Positions 9,492 to 18,286 of a DNA stretch of 60,632 nucleotides are shown in pieces (the stretch's first letter is position 1; each line of letters opens with the position of its first letter). The notes under the pieces are model-generated. The model worked only from the letters and a program-made list of their open reading frames with translations, had not been told where the DNA came from and did not search any database. The stretch is from a virus, in the IMG/VR virus record IMGVR_UViG_3300017917_002028, positions 1-60,632 of that record. The stretch is one strand, 5' to 3'. The translations under genes and the position numbers were made by a program.

Positions 9492-9899
9492 TCACTTGCC
9501 CTTGAATTCGTAGGTCACCACGGTGTCCAGTTGACCCGTTGCCGTAGCGCCACCGACGGTAGCGATCAGGTAGGCGTCGTACTGGAGGGTGAAGGGCGCC
9601 ACGGCGGTCTGGGTGCTGGTGGCGGCCGAAGCCACATCGGTTGCGCCCAGCAAGGCGGTGGCAGAACCACCGGCCTCGCCGTTGACGTACTCGAAGCCCA
9701 GCGACAGCGTGGTGCCGGTACCGAGGTCGGCGGCGATCATGCGGGCGTCGTAGATCTTGGTGCCTGCGAACAGCTTGTTCAGGCGGATCTTGTCGCCGCT
9801 GGCCGCGCCGGCCAGGTTGATGTAGCCGTGCGCAGCGGCCAGGGGGCAATCACCGCTGTATACGGTGTCTTGCAGGGAGGGTGCGTTGATGGTTGCCAT
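9492..9899 (-). CDS. Capsid decoration-like protein
   Basis: Start at MATINAPSLQ..., preceded by GGAGAATTTGAG. It is a 135-aa beta-rich protein directly after the capsid gene. Confidence 0.5.
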   Translation of the reverse strand: MATINAPSLQDTVYSGDCPLAAAHGYINLAGAASGDKIRLNKLFAGTKIYDARMIAADLGTGTTLSLGFEYVNGEAGGSATALLGATDVASAATSTQTAVAPFTLQYDAYLIATVGGATATGQLDTVVTYEFKGK

Positions 9900-9931
9900 C
9901 TCAAATTCTCCAAACAGGTTTCGGGGAGAGA

Positions 9932-9959
9932 CCCTCAACTACCGACCGGCAGTTGAGGG
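9932..9959 (-). other. 9-bp-stem hairpin directly after the major capsid stop (attenuator or RNA-stability element)
   Basis: CCCTCAACT-10 nt-AGTTGAGGG. The sequence that follows is only weakly U-rich. Confidence 0.5.
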
Positions 9960-9967
9960 ATTCTCAA

Positions 9968-11236
9968 TCAGGAGCCCAGCAGCGTGCGGCCGGCAGCCGA
10001 TGCGGGATCGGGTGCGTAGCTGTCCACCACGGCCACACCGAAGTCGGTGTCGGCGCCGTCGATCTTGAAGCGGATCTTCGACGAGCCGGTCATGGCAGCG
10101 CACACCGTTTCGATGCTGTTGCCGTGGTCCACCGATTCCTCGGACCAGTCGTAGAAGTAGTCGGAGGCCGACTTGCCGTAGGCCTTGGCCAGCGCCTGGG
10201 CGCCGACGATGATGGCGCGGTCCACCGGCTGCGCCGTCTGCACGGTGCTTTCGGTGTAGGTGCCGCCGTCGGTACCGCCCGTGTCCACGACCACGTTGTC
10301 GCCGGCGCCGAAGCGGATCGCGTAGCGGTTCATGCGCTTGATGAGCACGCCGTTCCACATGATCGTTTCGTAGGCGTCAAACAGCGGGTGCTTGAGGCCG
10401 GCCGACTTACGCTCGAAGGCGTACTGCACGGCTTGGCGCCAGGTGGTCTGGCTGGTGCGCGACTGCAGGTAGAGCCACTGGCGCTCGGTCACGAACATGA
10501 CCCACAGCGGATCGTTCCAGGCGCGGTCGTCACCCTTGATCTTGACCGACTGCATGACCACGGGGGATTCACGCAATTGGGCCACGATGCGGTCGATGTC
10601 CTGCAGGGTCAGGGCGTCGTTGGTGCCGATGTCGGCCGGGCTGGTGGCGTCGTTGGCCGCGAAATAGCGGTTCTTGGTCGGGGCCTTGACGGCGTTGACC
10701 ATGATTTCCGCGAAGTCGGGGTCGGCCTGCGGGGGCACCACCCAGTCGGAAGTGGACTGCGCACCGCGGGCACCGGCCAGGTGCACGAGGGCGGTCTGAT
10801 CTTCCAGACGCTGCATCCAGGCCTGCAGACCGGCCATGGAGATGTTGCGCAGGTTGTGCACCGTGCGCTTTTGGGTCATGCGGCCACCCGAGTCAGCACC
10901 ACCGCGGACCTGGTTGATCTGCACGTCCATGCTGGAGTAGGTGAGCTGCATCATGCGGCCTTCGATGCGCTTGTCGCCCATCACCGGCTTGCCCTGCAGG
11001 ATGTTGAACAGGTCGATGCTCACGGTGTCGCCGGCGCCTTTGGCCAGGTCACCGGCCTTGACGATCGGGTAGTCCGGGGAGGTCTGGCCCTTGGTCTTGG
11101 CGGCAAAGGAGCCCTCTTTGGGCATCTCGCCGGCCAGCAGGTTCATGAAGCCGGGGGAGTGTTGCACGCGGGTGAACAGACCCACCGAGTAGATTTTCCG
11201 CGCAAGGGCGGAACCGACTGGGATATTGGTTGCCAT
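9968..11236 (-). CDS. Major capsid protein
   Basis: 422 aa, directly downstream of the scaffold gene and bracketed by terminators. Called from size and position; no motif was verified. Confidence 0.75.
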   Translation of the reverse strand: MATNIPVGSALARKIYSVGLFTRVQHSPGFMNLLAGEMPKEGSFAAKTKGQTSPDYPIVKAGDLAKGAGDTVSIDLFNILQGKPVMGDKRIEGRMMQLTYSSMDVQINQVRGGADSGGRMTQKRTVHNLRNISMAGLQAWMQRLEDQTALVHLAGARGAQSTSDWVVPPQADPDFAEIMVNAVKAPTKNRYFAANDATSPADIGTNDALTLQDIDRIVAQLRESPVVMQSVKIKGDDRAWNDPLWVMFVTERQWLYLQSRTSQTTWRQAVQYAFERKSAGLKHPLFDAYETIMWNGVLIKRMNRYAIRFGAGDNVVVDTGGTDGGTYTESTVQTAQPVDRAIIVGAQALAKAYGKSASDYFYDWSEESVDHGNSIETVCAAMTGSSKIRFKIDGADTDFGVAVVDSYAPDPASAAGRTLLGS

Positions 11237-11258
11237 TTTTGGTTACCTCAAAGTTTGG

Positions 11259-12281
11259 TTACAGGGAGCGGAAGTACGCATCCATTTGGTCTTGCGTCAT
11301 GCTGGCGAACTTGTCGGCAAGCTGGAGGGCCGTGAGGTTCTCCGCTTCCTCGCGCTCGTCCTGCGCGGCGTGTTGACCCACCGGGAACTCGGAAAGGGAA
11401 GTCGGCACATCGGTGCGACTGGCCTTGGCGGCTTTCGCCGCGGCGGCTTGTGCTGCCTTTCGCAAATCCTCGGCACTCGGTTGTGAAGCGGGCTTGCCTG
11501 CCCCGGGCAATTCGATCGGGCCCAAAGCGGCCTCCACCATCTCGGTGACCTTGGCGAAGCGTTCGGACAGAGGCTTTTCGGCCCAGGCGGTCTGACTGCG
11601 CAAGGTGGCGTCGAACTGTTTGGCCAGTTCAAAAGCCTCCTTGTTGGACGCCTGGATGTGCGCCAGCTTGGGGATCGAATCAATCGCGTCCTGCACGGTT
11701 TCCTGTGCGCTTCGCGCTTGCTCGGCCTCGGCCGTTCGCACGCTTTCCTCGACCGGGGCCAGCTTGGATTCGAGCGCCTTGGCTGCTGCCATGGACGCCA
11801 TCACCGCCTTGTACACGGTCGGGAAGTCCTCTTTGAGTGCTTCCAGATCCTCGGGAGAGAGGTCACTTACAGTCGGCGGTTGCGGGTCGGTGCGGGCGCT
11901 CTCACCATCTTTCGCCCCTTGATTGCCCGACTTCACCATCTTCTCAAGCGTTTCGACTCGCTCGCGCATCTCGTTGGCCAATTGCTCGGCCCGGGTTGCA
12001 CGGTCGCGTTCGCTCTTGAGCACCGAGTACGGAATGACGTGCTTTCCGTCCTTGGTGGCCACCCCTGCGGGTTCGGCCTCGGGTTCAGTCTGGCCCTGCT
12101 TGGCCTGCTGCGGCTCGTCTTTTGCGGGATCGTCCTTGGGCTGGTCGTCCGGCTTCGGATCGACGGGTTCGGGCTTTGCGTCGGAAGCGGCAGATGGGTC
12201 GCCGTTTTCCAGTTGCTCAAAGACCTTTGCCAGTTCTTCCGGATCGGTCGTGTTCAGATTCTCAAGTTCGATGCCTGCCAT
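11259..12281 (-). CDS. Scaffolding protein
   Basis: 340 aa, acidic and Ala/Glu/Lys/Gln-rich helical protein between the portal region and the capsid gene. RBS GGAGTGAAGTGA. Confidence 0.7.
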   Translation of the reverse strand: MAGIELENLNTTDPEELAKVFEQLENGDPSAASDAKPEPVDPKPDDQPKDDPAKDEPQQAKQGQTEPEAEPAGVATKDGKHVIPYSVLKSERDRATRAEQLANEMRERVETLEKMVKSGNQGAKDGESARTDPQPPTVSDLSPEDLEALKEDFPTVYKAVMASMAAAKALESKLAPVEESVRTAEAEQARSAQETVQDAIDSIPKLAHIQASNKEAFELAKQFDATLRSQTAWAEKPLSERFAKVTEMVEAALGPIELPGAGKPASQPSAEDLRKAAQAAAAKAAKASRTDVPTSLSEFPVGQHAAQDEREEAENLTALQLADKFASMTQDQMDAYFRSL

Positions 12282-12418
12282 TCACTTCACTCCACATATC
12301 GCGTTGGTTGCGGGACTCCTGCTGGTTGACCAATAACCCATGGCGGGGAATACAACCGTTCAGGTGGATTAAGTATTTCTCAATCGGGGCAATTTGACTG
12401 TTTGTGCATCCAGTGCCC

Positions 12419-12445
12419 AAAAAAAAGCCCCGCCGAAGCGGGGCT
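12419..12445 (-). terminator. Rho-independent terminator upstream of the scaffold-capsid cassette
   Basis: The minus strand reads AGCCCCGC-TTCG-GCGGGGCT followed by T8. Confidence 0.85.
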
Positions 12446-12478
12446 AGGTGCATCCGAAGATGCGGAGGAGACAACTGC

Positions 12479-12862
12479 TTACTTGAGCCGGCGCAGGCGG
12501 TAGAGCGTCTGGCCGTAGAGGGCCTCGATCTCGTCCACGATGTTGTGCAGGCAGGACCAGGTGCGCGGGATGGCCTCGTCGCGCACCTCGTGGATGTAGT
12601 CCAGTTGCCCGGCCAGGGTGTCGATCATGGTCAGATTGCCGTCGTGGGTGGCCAGCGGGATGTCGAGGATGGTGTCGAAGATGCCCTGGTAGACCTCCAC
12701 CAGCGTGTCGGTCAGTCCGACGATGCCCTCGTAGAACGGCGCCAGCGCGCCGGTGTGCGCGGCGTAGCTGCCCGCTCCCGTGACCTTGAGGTGTTCGCGG
12801 TGCGCGAGTTCGCGGGCCAGAAACAGCGTGGCCGCGAGCATTTCCATCTTCTTCTGGGACAT
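12479..12862 (-). CDS. Hypothetical helical protein (portal-proximal)
   Basis: Start at MSQKKMEMLAAT..., overlapping the upstream stop (ATGA-type coupling). Confidence 0.6.
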   Translation of the reverse strand: MSQKKMEMLAATLFLARELAHREHLKVTGAGSYAAHTGALAPFYEGIVGLTDTLVEVYQGIFDTILDIPLATHDGNLTMIDTLAGQLDYIHEVRDEAIPRTWSCLHNIVDEIEALYGQTLYRLRRLK

Positions 12863-13128
12863 CACACTTCCCCGACCAGTCCGGTGGCTGCCGTGCCGGT
12901 GGCCCACACGCGGCGCACGCGCAGCGGGTGACGGCCTGCGGCCAAGTTGGCGTAGGTCACGACTGAGCCGTCGAACATCGTGAGCTTGGCGGCGCCAGCC
13001 GTGCCGACGTACAGGCTCAGGGTCACTTCGGCCAGGTCGGTCGCGTCATCGGGGGTGATGACAAAGGCGCCGGTCACAGGGCTGGCGATACGGGCGGGCG
13101 TGGACTGGTGGCGGTTTTCTGCGGCCAT
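12862..13128 (-). CDS. Hypothetical small beta-rich protein (portal-proximal)
   Basis: 88-aa ORF located 9 nt after the portal stop. Confidence 0.6.
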   Translation of the reverse strand: MAAENRHQSTPARIASPVTGAFVITPDDATDLAEVTLSLYVGTAGAAKLTMFDGSVVTYANLAAGRHPLRVRRVWATGTAATGLVGEV

Positions 13129-13137
13129 GGCGGCTCC

Positions 13138-15315
13138 TTACTGCATCATGGGTTGTGGTTGGGGCTGACCGCCGCCGATGGCGGGCGGCGTGACGGCGAT
13201 CTGAGGCGTGCGCACGATCGGCTCGTAGCGGGCCCGCACGCTTTCGGCCTGGATCTTCTCGGCCTCGGCGTTGAGCTTGCGAATGCGGGCGGCGCGTTCG
13301 GCGGCATCGAGCACAAAGGCCTTTTGCTCCATGGCCTGCTGCTGCGCGGCGGCCTGCTGCTGCGCCTGCATGGCCGCCTGCTGCTGCTCGGGGTCTTGGA
13401 TGCCCACGGCGGCACGCAGGCGATCGGCCAACTCGTGCCGCTTGGGCAGATCGGTGGCTTCGATCACGAAGTCGATGACGAAGCCCTGAATGTTGGGCGG
13501 CAGCGACTTGGTGATCTCGGTGAGCATCTGCAGTTGCTGCATGCGGTAGGTCGGCGTCGAAGGCACGTCGTCGAGCACGATCTTGGCCTTGACCTTGGCC
13601 ACGTCGTTGACCATGACCACCTGGCCGGTCTGCGGGTCTTGCATCGGCTGGTTGAGCACGATGACCTTCTTTTGCTTGCCCTCGCCGATGGTGACTTTGG
13701 CCGGGCCTTGCGTGAGGTCTTGCTTGACCAGTTCGAACAGCATCTCGCCGACGATGCGGCGCGAGTAGCGGAAGTTGTCGTTGATCTCGGCCAGGGTGTT
13801 CATGCCCTGCTCGATCAGCGAATTGATGGCCAGCCCTGATGTCGCGCCCGACTGCTGGCCCTGCATCGACTTGTGGATGCCCGAGGCCTCGGAAATTTCC
13901 TGCTTGGCCTCCTGCATGACCTGGAACTGCTGGGCCGCCAGTTCGCCGCCCGGATCGACCCGGAATGTGCTGTTCGGTTTGCGGTTGTGGTTGAGGATGA
14001 TGTAGGCGTCGGGACGGGCCACCTCTTGCGCGGCCTTGTTGTGATCGGTGACGGCATCGGCGTCGGTGACCACGCGGCGGCTGTTGAGTGCCCACAGCAT
14101 CTTGGACTTGCGGGCGTTGACCTCATCCTGCGGCGAGACCATCGAGCGGATCAGGCCGTAGGGCACGTTGGTCAGATCCTCGCGGTGGCCGAAGAACGGC
14201 ACGTAGGGGAACTGGTTGTGCTTGTACGGGCTGGGCACGTCGTAGAGGAAGTGCGGGCCGGTGTACCAGGCCAGACGCACCTTTTGGAAGGTGGCTTGCT
14301 TGACCTTGGCGATGCCGGCCACGATGGCCTCGTTGTGGCGCGGATTGTTGAAATCGGCCTCCAGCACGGTGCCGTTGGGCAGCGTGAGGGTGTAGCCGCG
14401 CACCCACTTGCGGTACCAGATTTCGTACAGGCAAATGCGCATGCGCTGGATGTCGCGCCAGTCCACCGCGGCAATGCGGGTGTCGCGCTCGATCTCCCAC
14501 GACTGCACCAAGCGGGAGTCCTGCTCCAGCAGGGGATCGAACCCGGCCCAGCCTCCGGTCGTCATGCGAAAGAGCGTGGCGTACTGGGGCATCAGCGCAA
14601 TGGCGTGCTCCAGTTCGAGCCAGCGGCGGCGGATCAGGTAGCGGGCGTCGGAGAGGTCCGGCTGCTCGGCCCGCCAGTCCCAGAAGATCTCGCGCCGGTG
14701 CACGTAGCGCACGCGGTACGGACACTTGAACGGGTCGTTCTCGCGCCCGACCTCTACCCAGCCCAGCCCCGCCTTGACCTGGGCGGAATAGGCATCGCTG
14801 ATGGCGCGGTCGGCGCGTGACTCGATCTCGGCGTGCTTAAGCTTGACGCTCAGGGCCTCGGCCATCTCGTCGTCGCATTCCTCGTCGTCCTCGGGACGCA
14901 CGCGCCAGTCGCTGCGACTCTTGGCCTCCATGCCCAGCACCGTATCGATGGTGGGCTTGATGATGTTGGTGATGAGGGGCGGCTGGCCGCGCTCGCGCAG
15001 TTTCTCGACGGTCTCGGGCGAAAGCTGGTTGCCGTCGTAGTAATCGGCCGCGCGATCGGCCTCACGGCGCCAGTGCGGCTGGTGCTTGATCTCGCGCAGG
15101 AACATCTCGACCTGGCCGCGCGGCAGCGCCGAATCCTGCAGATCTTCGGGCACGCCTGCGGCGCTGTCGGTGGGCGCCTCGCCCATGACGATGTTGCCGC
15201 TGGGCTTTTGGTCGTGCTGAAAGCGCCTGGCCATTGTCGGCCCGCCAGCGTTGGCCGCGAAACTTTCGTCTTGCGGCATCGCTGAGTTGGTCAATTGAAT
15301 GTCGCCAATGGGCAT
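13138..15315 (-). CDS. Portal protein
   Basis: 725 aa, downstream of TerL with a Gln/Ala-rich C-terminus. Called from size and position. Confidence 0.8.
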   Translation of the reverse strand: MPIGDIQLTNSAMPQDESFAANAGGPTMARRFQHDQKPSGNIVMGEAPTDSAAGVPEDLQDSALPRGQVEMFLREIKHQPHWRREADRAADYYDGNQLSPETVEKLRERGQPPLITNIIKPTIDTVLGMEAKSRSDWRVRPEDDEECDDEMAEALSVKLKHAEIESRADRAISDAYSAQVKAGLGWVEVGRENDPFKCPYRVRYVHRREIFWDWRAEQPDLSDARYLIRRRWLELEHAIALMPQYATLFRMTTGGWAGFDPLLEQDSRLVQSWEIERDTRIAAVDWRDIQRMRICLYEIWYRKWVRGYTLTLPNGTVLEADFNNPRHNEAIVAGIAKVKQATFQKVRLAWYTGPHFLYDVPSPYKHNQFPYVPFFGHREDLTNVPYGLIRSMVSPQDEVNARKSKMLWALNSRRVVTDADAVTDHNKAAQEVARPDAYIILNHNRKPNSTFRVDPGGELAAQQFQVMQEAKQEISEASGIHKSMQGQQSGATSGLAINSLIEQGMNTLAEINDNFRYSRRIVGEMLFELVKQDLTQGPAKVTIGEGKQKKVIVLNQPMQDPQTGQVVMVNDVAKVKAKIVLDDVPSTPTYRMQQLQMLTEITKSLPPNIQGFVIDFVIEATDLPKRHELADRLRAAVGIQDPEQQQAAMQAQQQAAAQQQAMEQKAFVLDAAERAARIRKLNAEAEKIQAESVRARYEPIVRTPQIAVTPPAIGGGQPQPQPMMQ

Positions 15316-15500
15316 GAGAACAGTCCGGTTATGCTTTGCGCCGAGGGTATTTTGGTTGCCCTCGGGCTATTTGACGGTCAGGCCCGGCGAGCACTGCACG
15401 CGCACGGGCAAGGGGCTGCAGGTTCTGCACACCAAGGAAGTGCCGGCCGGTGCGTTCGGCCGCTGGCCAGAGGCCGAAGTGGTATTCGCCTGCAAGTGAC

Positions 15501-16970
15501 TTAGCCGGCCCGCCAGTCGTAGTTGTCCTTGCGGCGGTCGATGGCCATCTTGGACGGGTCCGGGGGCACGGAGGCAAAGCGGCGCATGACGTAGGCGTAG
15601 CGCGTGGCGCTCAAGAAGTCGTCCTGCAGCTTGACGATCTGGCCGTCCTTGCGGTGGTAGAGGCGGAATTCCTCGAAGAACATGGTGACGCTGGAGAACA
15701 CCTTGAACTTGCCCGCCTTCATGTCCTCGAACATGGCCATGACCCCGGCTTCGACACTAACGCGGCTGGTTTTCTTGCCTTCCTCGTCGCCGGTCTCGGG
15801 CAACTGGGCGTACTCGTGCAGCATGTTGGCGCCGTGCTGGCGGTAGATGTCGGCCAACTGGATGCCGTCGCCCTTGCTTCGCTGCAGGCCGTCAGCGGGC
15901 CACGCCACCGGCACCCATTCGCCGCGTTGCTTGATGAGCGGCACCAGGTCGGCGGGCGTCTTGTTGCTTTCGCGGTAGCCGTCGTAGACGTAGGTGGTGT
16001 CGGTGTCCCGATCCCAGGCGATCCACGCCCCGGCGCTGGGGTGGTCGATGCCGAAGTCCACGCCACAAATGACGGGCCAGTGGTCGGGAATTTGGAACGG
16101 ATCGACGGTGATGAGCGACTCGGCGATCGGGAACACCCGGCCGCTGCCCAGAATCGGAATGCCCTTGGCCCGGGCCTCGCGCTCGTGCTCGGGGTAGCTG
16201 GCCACGATCCGATCGCGTTCCTCCTGCGAGTAGTGGCCCACGTCGTCGATCGTCATGTTGGTGTCCGATCGGTCGGGCGTGGGGTTCTGCAGGAACAGGC
16301 GCACGACCTCGGACATGCCCAGCAGCGGGGTGAACGTGATCCAGACGATGCCCTTGGTGGCGTTGGTGCGGGTCAGCACCTCGGTGTAGATGTCGATCGG
16401 CGGTTCTTCGTCCAGGGCGGCGAAGTCCAGCGTTTCGCCCTGCAGTTTTGAGCGGCCCTTTTCATACGACTTGAAGTACAGGCGCGAGACGCCGCCCGAG
16501 ATGTGCTTGACGAACACGCAGTCCACGCAATCGGCCACGCCCTGCGCACGCTTGACCTCGATGACCAGATCGGCCGGGATCGTGCCGGTGCCCCACTCGC
16601 CCGGGCGCCCCAGCACCAGACGCTGTAGGGTGTCGCGGGTGGACTCCATGGACTCGCCCAGGGCCCAGCCGGTGACGCCCCGGCTCCACCGCTTGCCCTG
16701 CCACCAGTCGGGGTAGAGGCCAGTCAGGTGGTAGGCGATCTCGTAGGCGCTTGACCAGGTTTTGCCTAGCTGGTTGCCGGCGCGAAACAGGCGTTCGCGG
16801 TAGGTGGACCCACGGTTGTGGAACTCAACCTGCTTTGGGTAGGGCTTGTACCTCGATAACTTGTTGCGATCCTGCCGGCGCTTGAGTTCCTGAGCCAATT
16901 TCAATAAGGCCAGTTTGGGCGGCAAGCTCTGCAACGATGCGGGCAATGTCGTCGTCGCTGAGATTTGCAT
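15501..16970 (-). CDS. terL: Terminase large subunit
   Basis: 489 aa. N-terminal ...YPKQVEFHNRG...GNQLGKTWS (Walker A-like) and acidic nuclease-type motifs downstream. The start is uncertain: ATG 16970 overlaps terS by 146 nt. Confidence 0.85.
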   Translation of the reverse strand: MQISATTTLPASLQSLPPKLALLKLAQELKRRQDRNKLSRYKPYPKQVEFHNRGSTYRERLFRAGNQLGKTWSSAYEIAYHLTGLYPDWWQGKRWSRGVTGWALGESMESTRDTLQRLVLGRPGEWGTGTIPADLVIEVKRAQGVADCVDCVFVKHISGGVSRLYFKSYEKGRSKLQGETLDFAALDEEPPIDIYTEVLTRTNATKGIVWITFTPLLGMSEVVRLFLQNPTPDRSDTNMTIDDVGHYSQEERDRIVASYPEHEREARAKGIPILGSGRVFPIAESLITVDPFQIPDHWPVICGVDFGIDHPSAGAWIAWDRDTDTTYVYDGYRESNKTPADLVPLIKQRGEWVPVAWPADGLQRSKGDGIQLADIYRQHGANMLHEYAQLPETGDEEGKKTSRVSVEAGVMAMFEDMKAGKFKVFSSVTMFFEEFRLYHRKDGQIVKLQDDFLSATRYAYVMRRFASVPPDPSKMAIDRRKDNYDWRAG

Positions 16971-17463
16971 ACTCGTCCTCGGGTTTCTTTTCTGCGGGCT
17001 TGAACAGGCCCATCGTGTCGCCCAGCATCCTCAGGGCTTGGTTCGCTCCGGTGGCATCGAAGCGGAATTCGCCGGTCGGGTTGCCTTCCTTGTCCGTGAC
17101 CGGCTCGGCCTGCATGCACCGCTCGGCCACCCTCATCAGGCGCGAGATCACCCATTCCCGATCCAGTCCGGTCTTGAGGATGGCGTTCTCGGTGGCGATG
17201 GCCGACAGTTCGTTGATGCGGCTGCGCACCAACTGGTTTTCGCGCTCCCAGCCGCGCGCGGTGTTGATGGCGACCGGGGAACCGATGGCCATCACCGATT
17301 CCTCCATGTTCATGCCCATGGCCCGGGCGCGGCAGTAGGCCTCCTGGTGGACGGTCAGACCGGAATCAAGGCGCACGCCGCCGTTGAGCTTGCGCGTGCC
17401 CTTGGGCATCGAGCGTTTGCGGCCCGTGGGAGTGTTGGCGTTGGCGGGTGCTGCGTCGGCCAT
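16825..17463 (-). CDS. terS: Terminase small subunit
   Basis: Start at MADAAPANANTPTGRKR... (ATG 17461-17463, overlapping the upstream stop). It has an HTH-like segment LTVHQEAYCRARAMGMNMEESVMAIG and lies just before terL. Confidence 0.65.
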   Translation of the reverse strand: MADAAPANANTPTGRKRSMPKGTRKLNGGVRLDSGLTVHQEAYCRARAMGMNMEESVMAIGSPVAINTARGWERENQLVRSRINELSAIATENAILKTGLDREWVISRLMRVAERCMQAEPVTDKEGNPTGEFRFDATGANQALRMLGDTMGLFKPAEKKPEDEYANLSDDDIARIVAELAAQTGLIEIGSGTQAPAGSQQVIEVQALPKAG

Positions 17464-17795
17464 CAGTGAACGGCGGGGATGGTCACGAGCTTGAACACGG
17501 CCAGGCCCAGCAGGGTTGCGCAGCCCACGACGCCGGCAATCACCCATGCCCGGATGAGCCTGAGCGTGGGCATTTCCACCTCGACCTTGCGCATGCGGCT
17601 GTCCACCTTCTCGATCGCATCGAAGGCGCGGCCCAAAGCCTCGCGGGTCTCCAGGTGCTTTTGCTCCAGGGTGGCCAGCCGCTCAAGGTTTTCAGAGATC
17701 GCCTGCAGGGTCTTTTCGATCATGGACAGCCGGTACTGGGTCAAGGCATCAGATCCGTGGGGTGGGTTCGGTGGAGTGGGTACTGCATCCATCAT
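17463..17795 (-). CDS. Coiled-coil protein with a C-terminal transmembrane helix
   Basis: Start at ATG 17793-17795, overlapping the Rz stop (ATGA). The C-terminus LIRAWVIAGVVGCATLLGLAVFKLV is hydrophobic. Confidence 0.6.
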   Translation of the reverse strand: MMDAVPTPPNPPHGSDALTQYRLSMIEKTLQAISENLERLATLEQKHLETREALGRAFDAIEKVDSRMRKVEVEMPTLRLIRAWVIAGVVGCATLLGLAVFKLVTIPAVH

Positions 17796-18286
17796 TGAGC
17801 CTTGCAAATGGTTGTCGAATAGGTCTGCAGCCCGGTCACTTGGTCGCGGAGTTCGTCAGCCGCTCGCGCCACGTCCCTATATCGGTCTGCGCACGTTCCA
17901 AGTAGCTCTCGGGCGATACGGGCTTCGCCAGCGAGGGCGGCAGACTGGGGATCTGCGGGGGCTGGACGGGCATTGAGTCGGTCGATTTCGTTGCGCAGGC
18001 TGCGAGCGATGAGGTCAGCAGTAGCAGCACGGGCAGCGAGCACGGTCTGTCTTTGGGCAGCGTCATGGGCGATCCTCTGGGCTTGTTGGTGCATGGCCTG
18101 CTCCTTGGCGCGGGCATCGGCTTGGGCTTGGGCGGTGGCCTGCGCCACTTCGGCGCGGTAGCTGGCCAGGGCGGACTGCGCCGACTTCATGCGCACGTAG
18201 CTCGTGCCGGTGGTGGCCAGCAGCACCGCGCACGCAATGGCCCAGACGAAGCCGGGCACGAGGTCAAACGCCTTCCACCACATCAC
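17792..18286 (-). CDS. Rz: i-spanin (Rz-like)
   Basis: N-terminal TM (FVWAIACAVLLATTG) followed by a long Ala/Gln/Arg coiled coil. It follows the endolysin and hosts an embedded lipoprotein ORF. Confidence 0.8.
   Translation of the reverse strand: MMWWKAFDLVPGFVWAIACAVLLATTGTSYVRMKSAQSALASYRAEVAQATAQAQADARAKEQAMHQQAQRIAHDAAQRQTVLAARAATADLIARSLRNEIDRLNARPAPADPQSAALAGEARIARELLGTCADRYRDVARAADELRDQVTGLQTYSTTICKAQ
17836..18066 (-). CDS. Rz1: o-spanin (Rz1-like) lipoprotein, fully embedded in the +1 frame of Rz
   Basis: MTLPKDRPCSLPVLLLLTSSLAAC carries a lipobox (LAAC), and the mature part is Pro-rich. The ATG is internal to track ORF 17836..18117. Confidence 0.75.
   Translation of the reverse strand: MTLPKDRPCSLPVLLLLTSSLAACATKSTDSMPVQPPQIPSLPPSLAKPVSPESYLERAQTDIGTWRERLTNSATK

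Noticed and set aside
9953-9967. Counting the TTGAGGGATTCTCAA site after the capsid stop as an independent operator copy.
   Set aside because: It overlaps the 9-bp hairpin CCCTCAACT/AGTTGAGGG. The match may simply reflect the hairpin sequence, so I mention it only with that caveat.
13046-14095. 349-aa minus-strand ORF, and other alternative-frame ORFs, inside the portal gene.
   Set aside because: They are Arg/Pro/His/Gly-rich frame shadows of the 725-aa portal ORF.
15329-15577. 82-aa ORF filling the terL-portal gap.
   Set aside because: It would have to start inside terL with no SD. Its GC3 is only about 60% and its N-terminal half is junk. I treat the gap as non-coding.
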